DNA of 34,489 nt, taken from assembly GCA_965371605.1 (NCBI GenBank), contig CBDUZB010000001.1:1-34489 (forward strand). Reading direction: 5' to 3'. Under the pieces are notes generated by a model that worked only from the letters and a program-made list of their open reading frames with translations, was not told where the DNA came from and made no database searches. The DNA comes from an uncultured bacterium. GTDB taxonomy: Bacteria > CBDUZB01 > JAGLHV01. The position numbers and the translations under genes were made by a program. Each line of letters starts with the position of its first letter. Position 1 is the stretch's first letter. Positions 19,632-27,139 of this stretch are shown in pieces.

Positions 19632-20514
19632 GGAAAACTTTCTTCGGGTGATAAATCAAGTTGCTATGCAGACAGGTTTCCTTTTATCCTTGGTTGAGAA
19701 AGACTATTATTTGACCCTTATTCTTTCCCGATTACATGAATTATGCCCGGACCTTGTTTTTAAGGGTGGAACGTGCTTAAACAAGATTTATTTTTCCTAT
19801 TATCGTTTAAGCGAAGACTTGGATTTTAGCATGCGTCTTCCTACATATACTGCAACGCGTGGCATACGAAGGAAAAGTATTCAGATAGTTAAAGACAACA
19901 TAGAGTCTTTTGCCAAGAAGATAGATATGCGAATTGAAGATACCGAAAGTACAGGACGAAATGAATCTAGGCAGTATGTCTATCATTTTCTTTATCAATC
20001 AGTAATTTTGCCTATTGAAGCAAAAATTAAATTTGAAATAGGACTTAGATTTGATCCTATCTGTCCGGTAGAAAAGAATAAAGTTAAGCATAAATTTATG
20101 CATCCTTTTACGGGTAATATTTTGTTTGATGGTGGTGAAGTGAATTGTTTTGCGTTAAAAGAGCTAATTGCTGAAAAATTGCGGGCGGGGGCAATTCGCA
20201 AAATCATTGCTCCGCGGGATTTCTATGATATTGACTTTGTTATCAGGAATGATATTAACCTTATGGATCCAGAAATCCAACACTTATTTCAGAAAAAACT
20301 TGAAGAAGACGGCGCAGATACCGATATTACCAAGTATTGCATCAATCTTGGAAGGGGAGATGAAGAAATAAAGGATATGCGATCGCGTATCAAAGAAGAA
20401 CTCCTTGAAGTGCTTATTCCTGATGAACGCAATAATTTTGATATTGATTTGGCGATTGCAAGAATAAACAGTGTATTTAGAAATATAAATAAAAATAAAG
20501 GGGATGGGGGTTAA
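19615..20514 (+). CDS. abiEii: AbiEii/AbiGii-family nucleotidyltransferase toxin (DUF1814)
   Basis: 299 aa with FKGGTCLNKIY...RLSEDLDF, matching the nucleotidyltransferase motif of the family. Operonic with abiEi. Confidence 0.8.
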   Translation: MIHKNKENFLRVINQVAMQTGFLLSLVEKDYYLTLILSRLHELCPDLVFKGGTCLNKIYFSYYRLSEDLDFSMRLPTYTATRGIRRKSIQIVKDNIESFAKKIDMRIEDTESTGRNESRQYVYHFLYQSVILPIEAKIKFEIGLRFDPICPVEKNKVKHKFMHPFTGNILFDGGEVNCFALKELIAEKLRAGAIRKIIAPRDFYDIDFVIRNDINLMDPEIQHLFQKKLEEDGADTDITKYCINLGRGDEEIKDMRSRIKEELLEVLIPDERNNFDIDLAIARINSVFRNINKNKGDGG

Positions 20515-20526
20515 CATAAGGGGCTA

Positions 20527-20680
20527 TTTTTTAATTTAAAAGATGTTTTTTTGTTATCAACATTGACCTACCCGGGGAGTTTATTTTTCAGGAGGGATAC
20601 AATCCCCCTTTGAAAAATAACTCTTCAGTCGCAGGAGAGAGACAAGTGAGCTTGTCCTCTTTCTTCCTTTCTTTTTCCCC
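20527..20680 (+). repeat. att-like composite repeat, copy 2
   Basis: Upstream arm TTTAAAAGATGTTTTTTTGTTATCAACATTGA, core CCTACCCGGGGAG (20567-20579), a hairpin at 20581-20620, then CTCTTCAGTCGCAGGAGAGAGACAAGTGAGCTTGTCCTCTTTC. Confidence 0.7.
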
Positions 20681-20942
20681 TAACAAACCGGTTTTTTATT
20701 AATTCTACCAGATCCTCATAATAGTCTTTTCTTATACATAACATTTTACTTATTTTTATATCAGGGGGTGTCATCTGTATTGTAGTATTCCCATTCTTTA
20801 AGGTAAGTATTTAAATGTACATTGGATAATGAGCTGACTTGAGGGACAATACTTCAAGTTTTAAAGTTTAGCAAGATAGAGAGAATACTTCTATTTTTTT
20901 GTTTAAAAGATTTTTGTTATTAACCTTGGTTTACCCGGGGAG
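20580..20942 (+). mobile_element. second, ~0.36-kb island remnant between att-like copies 2 and 3
   Basis: Flanked by copies 2 and 3 of the composite repeat. It holds no ORF of 60 aa or more, only a 41-codon minus-strand ORF. Confidence 0.3.
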
Positions 20943-20990
20943 TTTTTCTTTTTCTTGGTTTCAGGCAAGAGACAATGTGCCTTTATTCTG
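20894..20990 (+). repeat. att-like composite repeat, copy 3 (hairpin half deleted)
   Basis: The upstream arm TTTAAAAGATTTTTGTTATTAACCTTGG is homologous to copy 2. TACCCGGGGAGTTTTTCTTTTTCTTG (20932-20957) is identical to 18361-18386. It is followed by TCAGGCAAGAGACAATGTG. Confidence 0.65.
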
Positions 20991-21234
20991 AGAAGAGAGG
21001 CGACGAAGGAAGTCTTCCCCGTATGATTGCCTATTCCAATAGTTTTTACCACTGATTTTAGAAAATTTTTAATAGTCATTCCAGTTAACTTTTAACAATT
21101 TAAAAGCGTGTGAAATATTTTAATTTCCTTTTGGGTCTAATTCCCCGCAGCTTGCTGTGGGGAAATTCATTGTTAAAAAATAATATAATTAAGTTATTCA
21201 AAATTACCTCTAAGAGCTAACCCATTCATTTCTG

Positions 21235-21261
21235 TTAAATTTAATTCACAAAGAATTTACA
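21235..21261 (+). promoter_or_regulatory. candidate Pho-box-like direct repeats upstream of the HAD-phn cluster
   Basis: TTCACA (21245-21250), 5 nt, then TTTACA (21256-21261), i.e. an 11-bp register of TT(A/T/C)ACA hexamers as in PhoP/PhoB-type boxes. A weaker TTAAAT lies at 21235-21240. Confidence 0.25.
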
Positions 21262-21332
21262 TTCCCGCCATTTTTTCGGCACATTCAAAATGTACACTTA
21301 TCAATTGAAAACAGAAAGGAGATATTAAGAAT

Positions 21333-22115
21333 ATGAAAAAGTATCTATTTATTTGTGATTTTGATAAGACTCTAAGTTTTAACGATTCAGGGGTTCTCTT
21401 GAGCGAACAGATTGGAATTAAGGAAGAAGAGTTTGAGAGAAAAATTACTGAAGTAAGAAAAAGAAACATTATTCCGTTGGGTGGAGAATTAGCTTATCTT
21501 ATTGCAAACGACCCGGATTATAAAGGCAGGGTTACGAAACAACTTTTTAAAGAAGTTGGAAAGCAAATGAAATTAAAGAAGAATGTTTTTAAATTAATGA
21601 AAATTTTGAATAAAGGAATAGGCGGAAATAAATTTTGTTGTTATGTCCTTTCTGCCGGACCTTCTGAAATTATCATTACTGCTTTAAAAAATATTCTATC
21701 TCCTGAGCATATTTATGGAACTATTTTTACGTATGATGAAAAAGAAAGAGTTTGTAGCATAATACGCACAGGTGCCGGACAGGGAAAGGTAGCCAGAGTG
21801 GATTATTTAAAAGAAAAAGAAAAAGTTCCACGGGACAGGATAATTTATGTGGGAGACGGTTCCTCTGATTTACATGTAATGCTTCATGTTAACGCCTATG
21901 GAGGATACCCTATAGCCGTTTCTTCTACACCATATTTAGGGCATATTTCTAAAAGAACTGTTCTTTCGGATAATGCCTTAAGTATTATAGCTCCTATTTT
22001 GGAAGACATAATGGCTTACGATGAGAATAAAATTAAATCCTTTTTTTCTGATATTAGTCATACAATTTCGGAGTGGAGTAGAGTAAAGACCGACTGGATG
22101 AGTCTGGAGGACTAA
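21333..22115 (+). CDS. HAD-superfamily (subfamily IB-like) phosphatase
   Basis: 260 aa with motif I FICDFDKT, motif II VLSAG, a Lys in GQGKVARV and motif IV YVGDGSSD. SD AAAGGAG. Confidence 0.75.
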   Translation: MKKYLFICDFDKTLSFNDSGVLLSEQIGIKEEEFERKITEVRKRNIIPLGGELAYLIANDPDYKGRVTKQLFKEVGKQMKLKKNVFKLMKILNKGIGGNKFCCYVLSAGPSEIIITALKNILSPEHIYGTIFTYDEKERVCSIIRTGAGQGKVARVDYLKEKEKVPRDRIIYVGDGSSDLHVMLHVNAYGGYPIAVSSTPYLGHISKRTVLSDNALSIIAPILEDIMAYDENKIKSFFSDISHTISEWSRVKTDWMSLED

Positions 22116-22172
22116 GTGAAGCTCGGATTAAATTGAAAAACGGAAAAGAATCTTTGAAGATGAGTTTTACAT

Positions 22173-23033
22173 ATGTTGAAGCTGAAAAAATTAAGTAAAA
22201 TTTATGGAGATGGAATAAAAGCTCTTGATGAAGTAGATCTAGAGGTTAAAGAAGGTGAGTTTGTGGTTATTTTAGGACCGAGTGGTGCAGGAAAATCTAC
22301 ATTTTTGAGATGTATTAACAGACTTATTGAGCCGACAAAGGGAAAGATTTTTTTAAACGGGGAAGAAATTACTTCTCTTTGCGGAAAAAAGTTACATAAG
22401 ATGAGGCAGAAAATAGGAATGATATTCCAGCATTTCAATTTGGTAAAGAGACTTTCCGTACTGCAAAATGTTTTGTCCGGAAGATTGGGAGATGTTTCCA
22501 CTGTACGCAGTCTTTTTTATTCTTTTTGTAACGAAGATATTCAATTCGCCTTAGAGTGTTTGGACAGAGTGAATTTAAAAGGTTATGCCTCAAAAAGAGC
22601 TGATACCTTAAGCGGAGGGCAACAACAGAGGGTAGCTATTGCCCGAGCCCTGGCTCAAAGGCCAAGGGTTATTTTAGCTGATGAGCCTATGGCCAGCCTT
22701 GATCCACGCACAGCAAGGGTAATTATGGATTTACTTAAAAAGATAAACAGGGAAGAGAAAATTATTGTTATCGTTAATTTGCATGTAGTGGAGTTAGCCA
22801 AAGAATATGCTGACCGCATTATCGGACTAACAAAAGGGAAGGTTGTTTTTGATGGGACCCCATCTTTATTAGATGAGCATTTTAAGACCATTTACTATGA
22901 AGAAGAAACGAGAGTGGTTAATGCAGATATGATTGTGTCTAATAAGGCAAAACGGGTTTGGGTATTGGAATCAGGAAAGATTGCTTATGCCCGCTGGCAA
23001 ATAGGAGGTGATGGCAAAAGAGAAAAAAAGTAG
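22173..23033 (+). CDS. phnC: phosphonate ABC transporter ATP-binding protein
   Basis: Walker A GPSGAGKST, signature LSGGQQQR, Walker B ILADEP, and the PhnC-like segment FLRCINRLIEPTKG. It carries a ~30-aa C-terminal extension relative to typical PhnC. Confidence 0.88.
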   Translation: MLKLKKLSKIYGDGIKALDEVDLEVKEGEFVVILGPSGAGKSTFLRCINRLIEPTKGKIFLNGEEITSLCGKKLHKMRQKIGMIFQHFNLVKRLSVLQNVLSGRLGDVSTVRSLFYSFCNEDIQFALECLDRVNLKGYASKRADTLSGGQQQRVAIARALAQRPRVILADEPMASLDPRTARVIMDLLKKINREEKIIVIVNLHVVELAKEYADRIIGLTKGKVVFDGTPSLLDEHFKTIYYEEETRVVNADMIVSNKAKRVWVLESGKIAYARWQIGGDGKREKK

Positions 23034-23164
23034 GAATATGGTTTGTCCCTGTCCGTATGGAATTAACAGATTAAATCATTACTATGGCAAATAAACGGGT
23101 AACTGCAAAGATTACCTTTACATTAAATTCCATAATTAATTTATTTTAAAAGGAGAGAAAGAAG

Positions 23165-24061
23165 ATGTTGAAAAAAATAAGAGTAAGGGGATTAAGAAAA
23201 CTAATAATCAGCCTGTTGTGTTTAGTTACATTGGGTGCTATAAGTGCAGCATCTGTTTTTGCCGGAGAACAACCGAAGGTTTTAAGATTTGGACTTATTC
23301 CCACAGAATCCGGTGCCCAGATAACTGATCGGTGGCAGTTACTTTTTGATCACATTGAACACTGTTTGGATATAAAAATTAAGGCATATACCGCTTCTGA
23401 TTATGCAGGAATTATTGAAGCAATGAGGTTTAAAAAAATCGAAGTGGCCTATCTTGGACCGAAATCTTATACCGAAGCGAATAAAAGGTCAAATGGGTGG
23501 GCTATTGTCCGGGAGCAGAAGTTAGATGGCGCTAGTGGATACTATGGGGTGATTATTACCAAAAAAGGAAGTGGATTAAAGACAATAAAGGATATAAAAG
23601 GAAAAACCTTTGCCTTTAATGATCCTAATTCTACGTCAGGGTATCTTGTGCCAATGACTTATTTTTTAAGGGATGCAGGAATTGTTCCTAAGGAATATTT
23701 TAGCCGGGTAATTTTTTCAGGTTCTCATGAGGCAAGCATTATGACAGTAAAAATGGGAAAAGTAGATGCTGCCTCTACTAATGACTTAGATATGGATAGA
23801 ATGATTGAAGCTGGAAGGATATCCAAAAATGATTTTAATATCATCTGGAAATCAGCTATTATTCCCGGTTCTCCTTTAGTGGTAAGGGGTGATTTGCCCG
23901 ATAGTCTTAAAGAAAGACTTAAAGAAGCGATTCTTTCTTTTAACGACCCTGAGGGGTTAAGAAAACTTCAACTCAAAGGATTTGTTGAAACTAAAGACAG
24001 TGACTACGATTGCATAAGAGAGATGAAAAAAATAAAAGAAACGTTAGGAAAGAAAAAATAA
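23165..24061 (+). CDS. phnD: phosphonate ABC transporter substrate-binding protein
   Basis: 298 aa with a signal peptide and a PhnD-like pattern (LRFGLIPTE..., YAGIIEAMRFKKIEVAYLGPKSY, NDPNSTSGYLVP). Confidence 0.88.
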   Translation: MLKKIRVRGLRKLIISLLCLVTLGAISAASVFAGEQPKVLRFGLIPTESGAQITDRWQLLFDHIEHCLDIKIKAYTASDYAGIIEAMRFKKIEVAYLGPKSYTEANKRSNGWAIVREQKLDGASGYYGVIITKKGSGLKTIKDIKGKTFAFNDPNSTSGYLVPMTYFLRDAGIVPKEYFSRVIFSGSHEASIMTVKMGKVDAASTNDLDMDRMIEAGRISKNDFNIIWKSAIIPGSPLVVRGDLPDSLKERLKEAILSFNDPEGLRKLQLKGFVETKDSDYDCIREMKKIKETLGKKK

Positions 24062-24063
24062 AA

Positions 24064-24843
24064 ATGAAAAACGGCATAATCAAAGAGCACGAAAAATCTA
24101 AAAAATGGGGATGGTTTGTAATTACTATAAGTGTCCTCATTTGGTCATGGAGAGGGGCGGAGATGAATCTTTTCCATCTTTTTGGAGGAACAAAAAATAT
24201 CCTCATCTATTTAAAGGACTATTTTCCTCCGGATTTCAGACGGATAGGCTTGTATCTTAAAGAAAGCGTAGTTTGTTTGCATATTGCTATTTGGGGAACA
24301 ATAATAGCTACTGTCCTTTCTTTCCCTTTAGGGCTTATTGCTGCCAGAAATATCGTGGGAAATCTAATCATCCATCAGCTTGTTAGGAGATTTTTAGATT
24401 TATTGCGGGCAGTCAATGAGTTTATCTTTGCTCTTATCTTTGTTTGTGCTGTGGGCCTGGGTCCTTTTGCCGGAGTACTTGCTATTGCTGTCCATACTAC
24501 AGGAGTTTTGGGTAAATTAATTTCTGAAATAGTAGAAAGCATCGACTCCGGCCAGGTGGAAGCAGTAACCTCTACGGGAGCTAATAAGTTTCAGGTGATT
24601 GCTTTTTCTGTCTTACCTCAAATTATGCCTCTTTGGGTTTCTAATGTTCTTTACCGGTTTGAAGTAAGTCTGAGATCATCCACAATTATAGGACTTTGTG
24701 GTGCAGGAGGAATAGGATTTTTACTCTGGGAAGCAATGAGGTCTTTTAAATCAAAAGAGGTGTGCGCGATGCTTATCATAATAGTTGTCATGGTCAGCAT
24801 TATTGATCTTGCGTGTTCAAAAATAAGGAAGAAGGTAATATGA
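24064..24843 (+). CDS. phnE: phosphonate ABC transporter permease
   Basis: Multi-TM protein with the motif EAVTSTGANKFQVIAFSVLPQIMP typical of PhnE. The start is placed at ATG 24064, 3 nt after the phnD stop; the track start at 24010 overlaps phnD. Confidence 0.88.
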   Translation: MKNGIIKEHEKSKKWGWFVITISVLIWSWRGAEMNLFHLFGGTKNILIYLKDYFPPDFRRIGLYLKESVVCLHIAIWGTIIATVLSFPLGLIAARNIVGNLIIHQLVRRFLDLLRAVNEFIFALIFVCAVGLGPFAGVLAIAVHTTGVLGKLISEIVESIDSGQVEAVTSTGANKFQVIAFSVLPQIMPLWVSNVLYRFEVSLRSSTIIGLCGAGGIGFLLWEAMRSFKSKEVCAMLIIIVVMVSIIDLACSKIRKKVI

Positions 24844-25262
24844 TCAGGGAAGAACGGTTTGAAATAATTGCTATATCCCGCAAAGAGGTTATTCTCCCTT
24901 TGGGAGAGAAAGTTCGTGAGTGTTTGGAAGTAAAGGTAATAAAGCAAAATACCGCATTGGTTATGATGCAGGCAATAGATTCGGTAGAAAAAGAAATTTT
25001 TAATTTGGGAGAAGTTTTGGTTAGTGAAGCTGAGGTAGAAATTAATGGGGAGATGGGGTATTCTCAGATTTTAGGAGATGATACCGAGAAGGCTTTGATA
25101 GGAGCGATTCTGGATGCAGTTTGTGAGATAAAGCATTTTCTTAAAGAAAAGGTAATAAAAATGTTAAATCAGGAAAAAATTTATTATAAAAAAGAGAAAG
25201 CTCAAGAGTACGCAAAAATAAAATCCACAAAAGTAGAATTTGAGGCTATGGCGAAAAAATGA
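24840..25262 (+). CDS. phnG: C-P lyase core complex subunit PhnG
   Basis: About 140 aa that is PhnG-like (R..EIIA......L....V......V.Q.TALVMMQA.DSV....FNLGEVLV.EAEV). ATGA start/stop overlap with phnE. The track start at 24813 is probably too long. Confidence 0.82.
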   Translation: MIREERFEIIAISRKEVILPLGEKVRECLEVKVIKQNTALVMMQAIDSVEKEIFNLGEVLVSEAEVEINGEMGYSQILGDDTEKALIGAILDAVCEIKHFLKEKVIKMLNQEKIYYKKEKAQEYAKIKSTKVEFEAMAKK

Positions 25263-25870
25263 AAGAGACAAAGTTTGATACGATATTTGATTCCCAGAAA
25301 ATTTTCCGCATTCTTTTAGATGCCTTTGCTCATCCGGGAAAAGTGGTTAAGATTTCCGACTTAAAAATCACGCCTCCCTCAAGTATTAGTAAGATTTCTG
25401 CAGGAGTCCTATTTACCCTGCTTGATCTTGAAGTGGGGTTTGCGGTGAGTGCTTCAGACAAAGAACAAAGGGAAGAAATAGAGGAATATTTTATTATAAA
25501 TACAGGAAGCAAATTAAAAAATTTAGAGTCTGCCGATTTTATTTTGGTGTTTGGAGAATTCCCTCAACTTGAGAAGATGAAAAAAGGGAGTTTGGAGTAT
25601 CCTGACGAAGGGGCAACGGTAGTTTATAGTGTAGAGGAAGTTAATGAAAATTTATCGGGAGTAGATTCTGTAAACTTAACTTTAACCGGGCCGGGAATTA
25701 ACGGGAAAAGAAAGTTGTCACTGAAAGGATTAAAGAAGCAAGAGTTTATAAAAATTATGGAAATAAATAAAGAATTTCCCTTGGGGATAGATTTCGTGTT
25801 TATGGATAGAAAAGGAAAATTTTTTGCCCTTCCGCGTTCTACAAAAATAATAGAAGTTAAGGAGATTTAG
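25259..25870 (+). CDS. phnH: C-P lyase core complex subunit PhnH
   Basis: 203 aa with FDSQKIFRILLDAFAHPGK, an N-terminus typical of PhnH. ATGA overlap with phnG. Confidence 0.85.
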   Translation: MKETKFDTIFDSQKIFRILLDAFAHPGKVVKISDLKITPPSSISKISAGVLFTLLDLEVGFAVSASDKEQREEIEEYFIINTGSKLKNLESADFILVFGEFPQLEKMKKGSLEYPDEGATVVYSVEEVNENLSGVDSVNLTLTGPGINGKRKLSLKGLKKQEFIKIMEINKEFPLGIDFVFMDRKGKFFALPRSTKIIEVKEI

Positions 25871-25872
25871 AT

Positions 25873-26958
25873 ATGGGATATGTGGCGGCAAAAGGTGGCA
25901 GAGAAGCAATTTTTAATGCCGAGGAATTAGTAAATTGTTTCAGGTTAAAAGGAAAAACTTTGCCTTTAAATGTAAAAGCAATAGAAGAACAGTTTCGTCT
26001 TGCTTGCGATAAGGTAATGAGCGAGGGGTCGTTATATGCTCCACGCTTGGCGGCTTTAGCTTTAAAGCAGGCAGAAGGAGATGCAATTGAAGCCTCCTTT
26101 CTTTTACGCGCTTATCGTTCCACTCTTTCCAGAATTAGATACTCTGAACCTGTAGATACTGAAGGAATGTCTATTTTAAGGCGTATTTCCAGTGCTTTTA
26201 AGGATATTCCCGGCGGGCAGATTTTAGGTCCTACAAGGGATTATATTCAGAGGATTTTGAGGTTTGATTTAATGGAGGAAAAAGAGAAGAAAAAGGAATA
26301 CTTTCCTCTGATTAAAGAACATGAGTTTAGGCAAAAAGTTCCCAAAGTGATTAATTTACTCAGAAAGGAAGGGCTTATTTCCCAACCGGTAGTAAAAAGA
26401 AAAGAGGAACCCTATGACATTACACGATGCGCTTTAGCATTCCCTCTTCCCCGTTCAGGGGTTTTGCAGGCTATGGCCAGGGGGGAGGAAGGAGGAATGA
26501 TGGCTATTGCCTACAGTAGTATGCGCGGCTATGGCGATACGCATCCTACTTTGGCTGAATTAAGAGTCGGGTATGTTTTTTTAAAGATAAAGCATCCCCT
26601 TACCGGGAAACCAGTTAAAGTAGGAGAAGTTTTAGTTACAGAAGCGGAGGTTATTGCCGGCAAGCCGACGGAAACTGACGATGAGGTGCCACAGTTTACT
26701 TTAGGGTATGGTTTGGTTTTTGGGCATAACGAAAGAAAGTCTATTTGTATGGCAATGCTTGATATTACAATGAAAGCCCACGGGCCAAAACATCCGGCGG
26801 AGGATCAGGAATTTGTTATCTCTCATATCGATAGTATTGAATCGAGTGGATTTACCGCTCACTGGAAATTACCTCACTATGTAACCTTTCAATCAGATTT
26901 AGATAGATTGCGAAAAATTCAAAAAGGGAGAGAGTTTAGAAATGAAACGGATAAATAG
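25873..26958 (+). CDS. phnI: C-P lyase subunit PhnI (ribosyl-triphosphate-forming nucleosidase component)
   Basis: 361 aa with MGYVAAKGGREAIFNAEEL matching the PhnI N-terminus (YVAVKGGE.AI). Conserved synteny. Confidence 0.88.
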   Translation: MGYVAAKGGREAIFNAEELVNCFRLKGKTLPLNVKAIEEQFRLACDKVMSEGSLYAPRLAALALKQAEGDAIEASFLLRAYRSTLSRIRYSEPVDTEGMSILRRISSAFKDIPGGQILGPTRDYIQRILRFDLMEEKEKKKEYFPLIKEHEFRQKVPKVINLLRKEGLISQPVVKRKEEPYDITRCALAFPLPRSGVLQAMARGEEGGMMAIAYSSMRGYGDTHPTLAELRVGYVFLKIKHPLTGKPVKVGEVLVTEAEVIAGKPTETDDEVPQFTLGYGLVFGHNERKSICMAMLDITMKAHGPKHPAEDQEFVISHIDSIESSGFTAHWKLPHYVTFQSDLDRLRKIQKGREFRNETDK

Positions 26959-27133
26959 AGAAGAAAACAATAAGATAGATGAAAAAAATAACCTATTTTC
27001 GGATAAAGAAAAAAGGCTTGCTCTGGAGAGAAACAAGCTGGCAAGGGTTAGAATACACTTGGCTGTAATGGGGCCTATTTTAGCATTTGTAGTTTTTATT
27101 GTTGTTATGTTTAAGATGATGAAAATTTGGTAG
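26942..27133 (+). CDS. small tail-anchored membrane protein inserted between phnI and phnJ (hypothetical)
   Basis: 63 aa with a charged N-terminal ~40 aa and one C-terminal TM (HLAVMGPILAFVVFIVVMF). The SD GGGAGAG lies 9 nt upstream. It overlaps the phnI stop by 17 nt and ends 6 nt before phnJ. Confidence 0.5.
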   Translation: MKRINREENNKIDEKNNLFSDKEKRLALERNKLARVRIHLAVMGPILAFVVFIVVMFKMMKIW

Positions 27134-27139
27134 GGGGTA

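Larger units (their letters stand above)
18372..20579 (+). mobile_element. degenerate tRNA-Asn-associated integrated element carrying abiEi/abiEii; no recombinase gene
   Basis: Bounded by the tRNA 3' end and a 13-nt duplicate of it at 20567-20579. The interior is very AT-rich and the only cargo is the AbiE pair. Confidence 0.5.

Noticed and set aside
21139-21167. GC-rich hairpin TTCCCCGCAG-CTTG-CTGTGGGGAA resembling a type I-E-like CRISPR repeat or an IS200/IS605-type subterminal hairpin
   Set aside because: It occurs only once, with no repeat-spacer periodicity, no cas genes and no tnpA/tnpB nearby. No T tract follows it on either strand, so it is not a canonical terminator either. Left as an unexplained orphan hairpin; a genome-wide search for more copies would settle it.
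18372-21332. Search for an integrase or recombinase gene, or a recognisable fragment of one, in the tRNA-Asn island region
   Set aside because: No ORF other than abiEi and abiEii exceeds 60 aa on either strand. The 41-codon minus-strand ORF at about 20626-20748 (MLCIRKDYYEDLVELIKNRFVRGKRKEERGQAHLSLSCD) has no recombinase motif.
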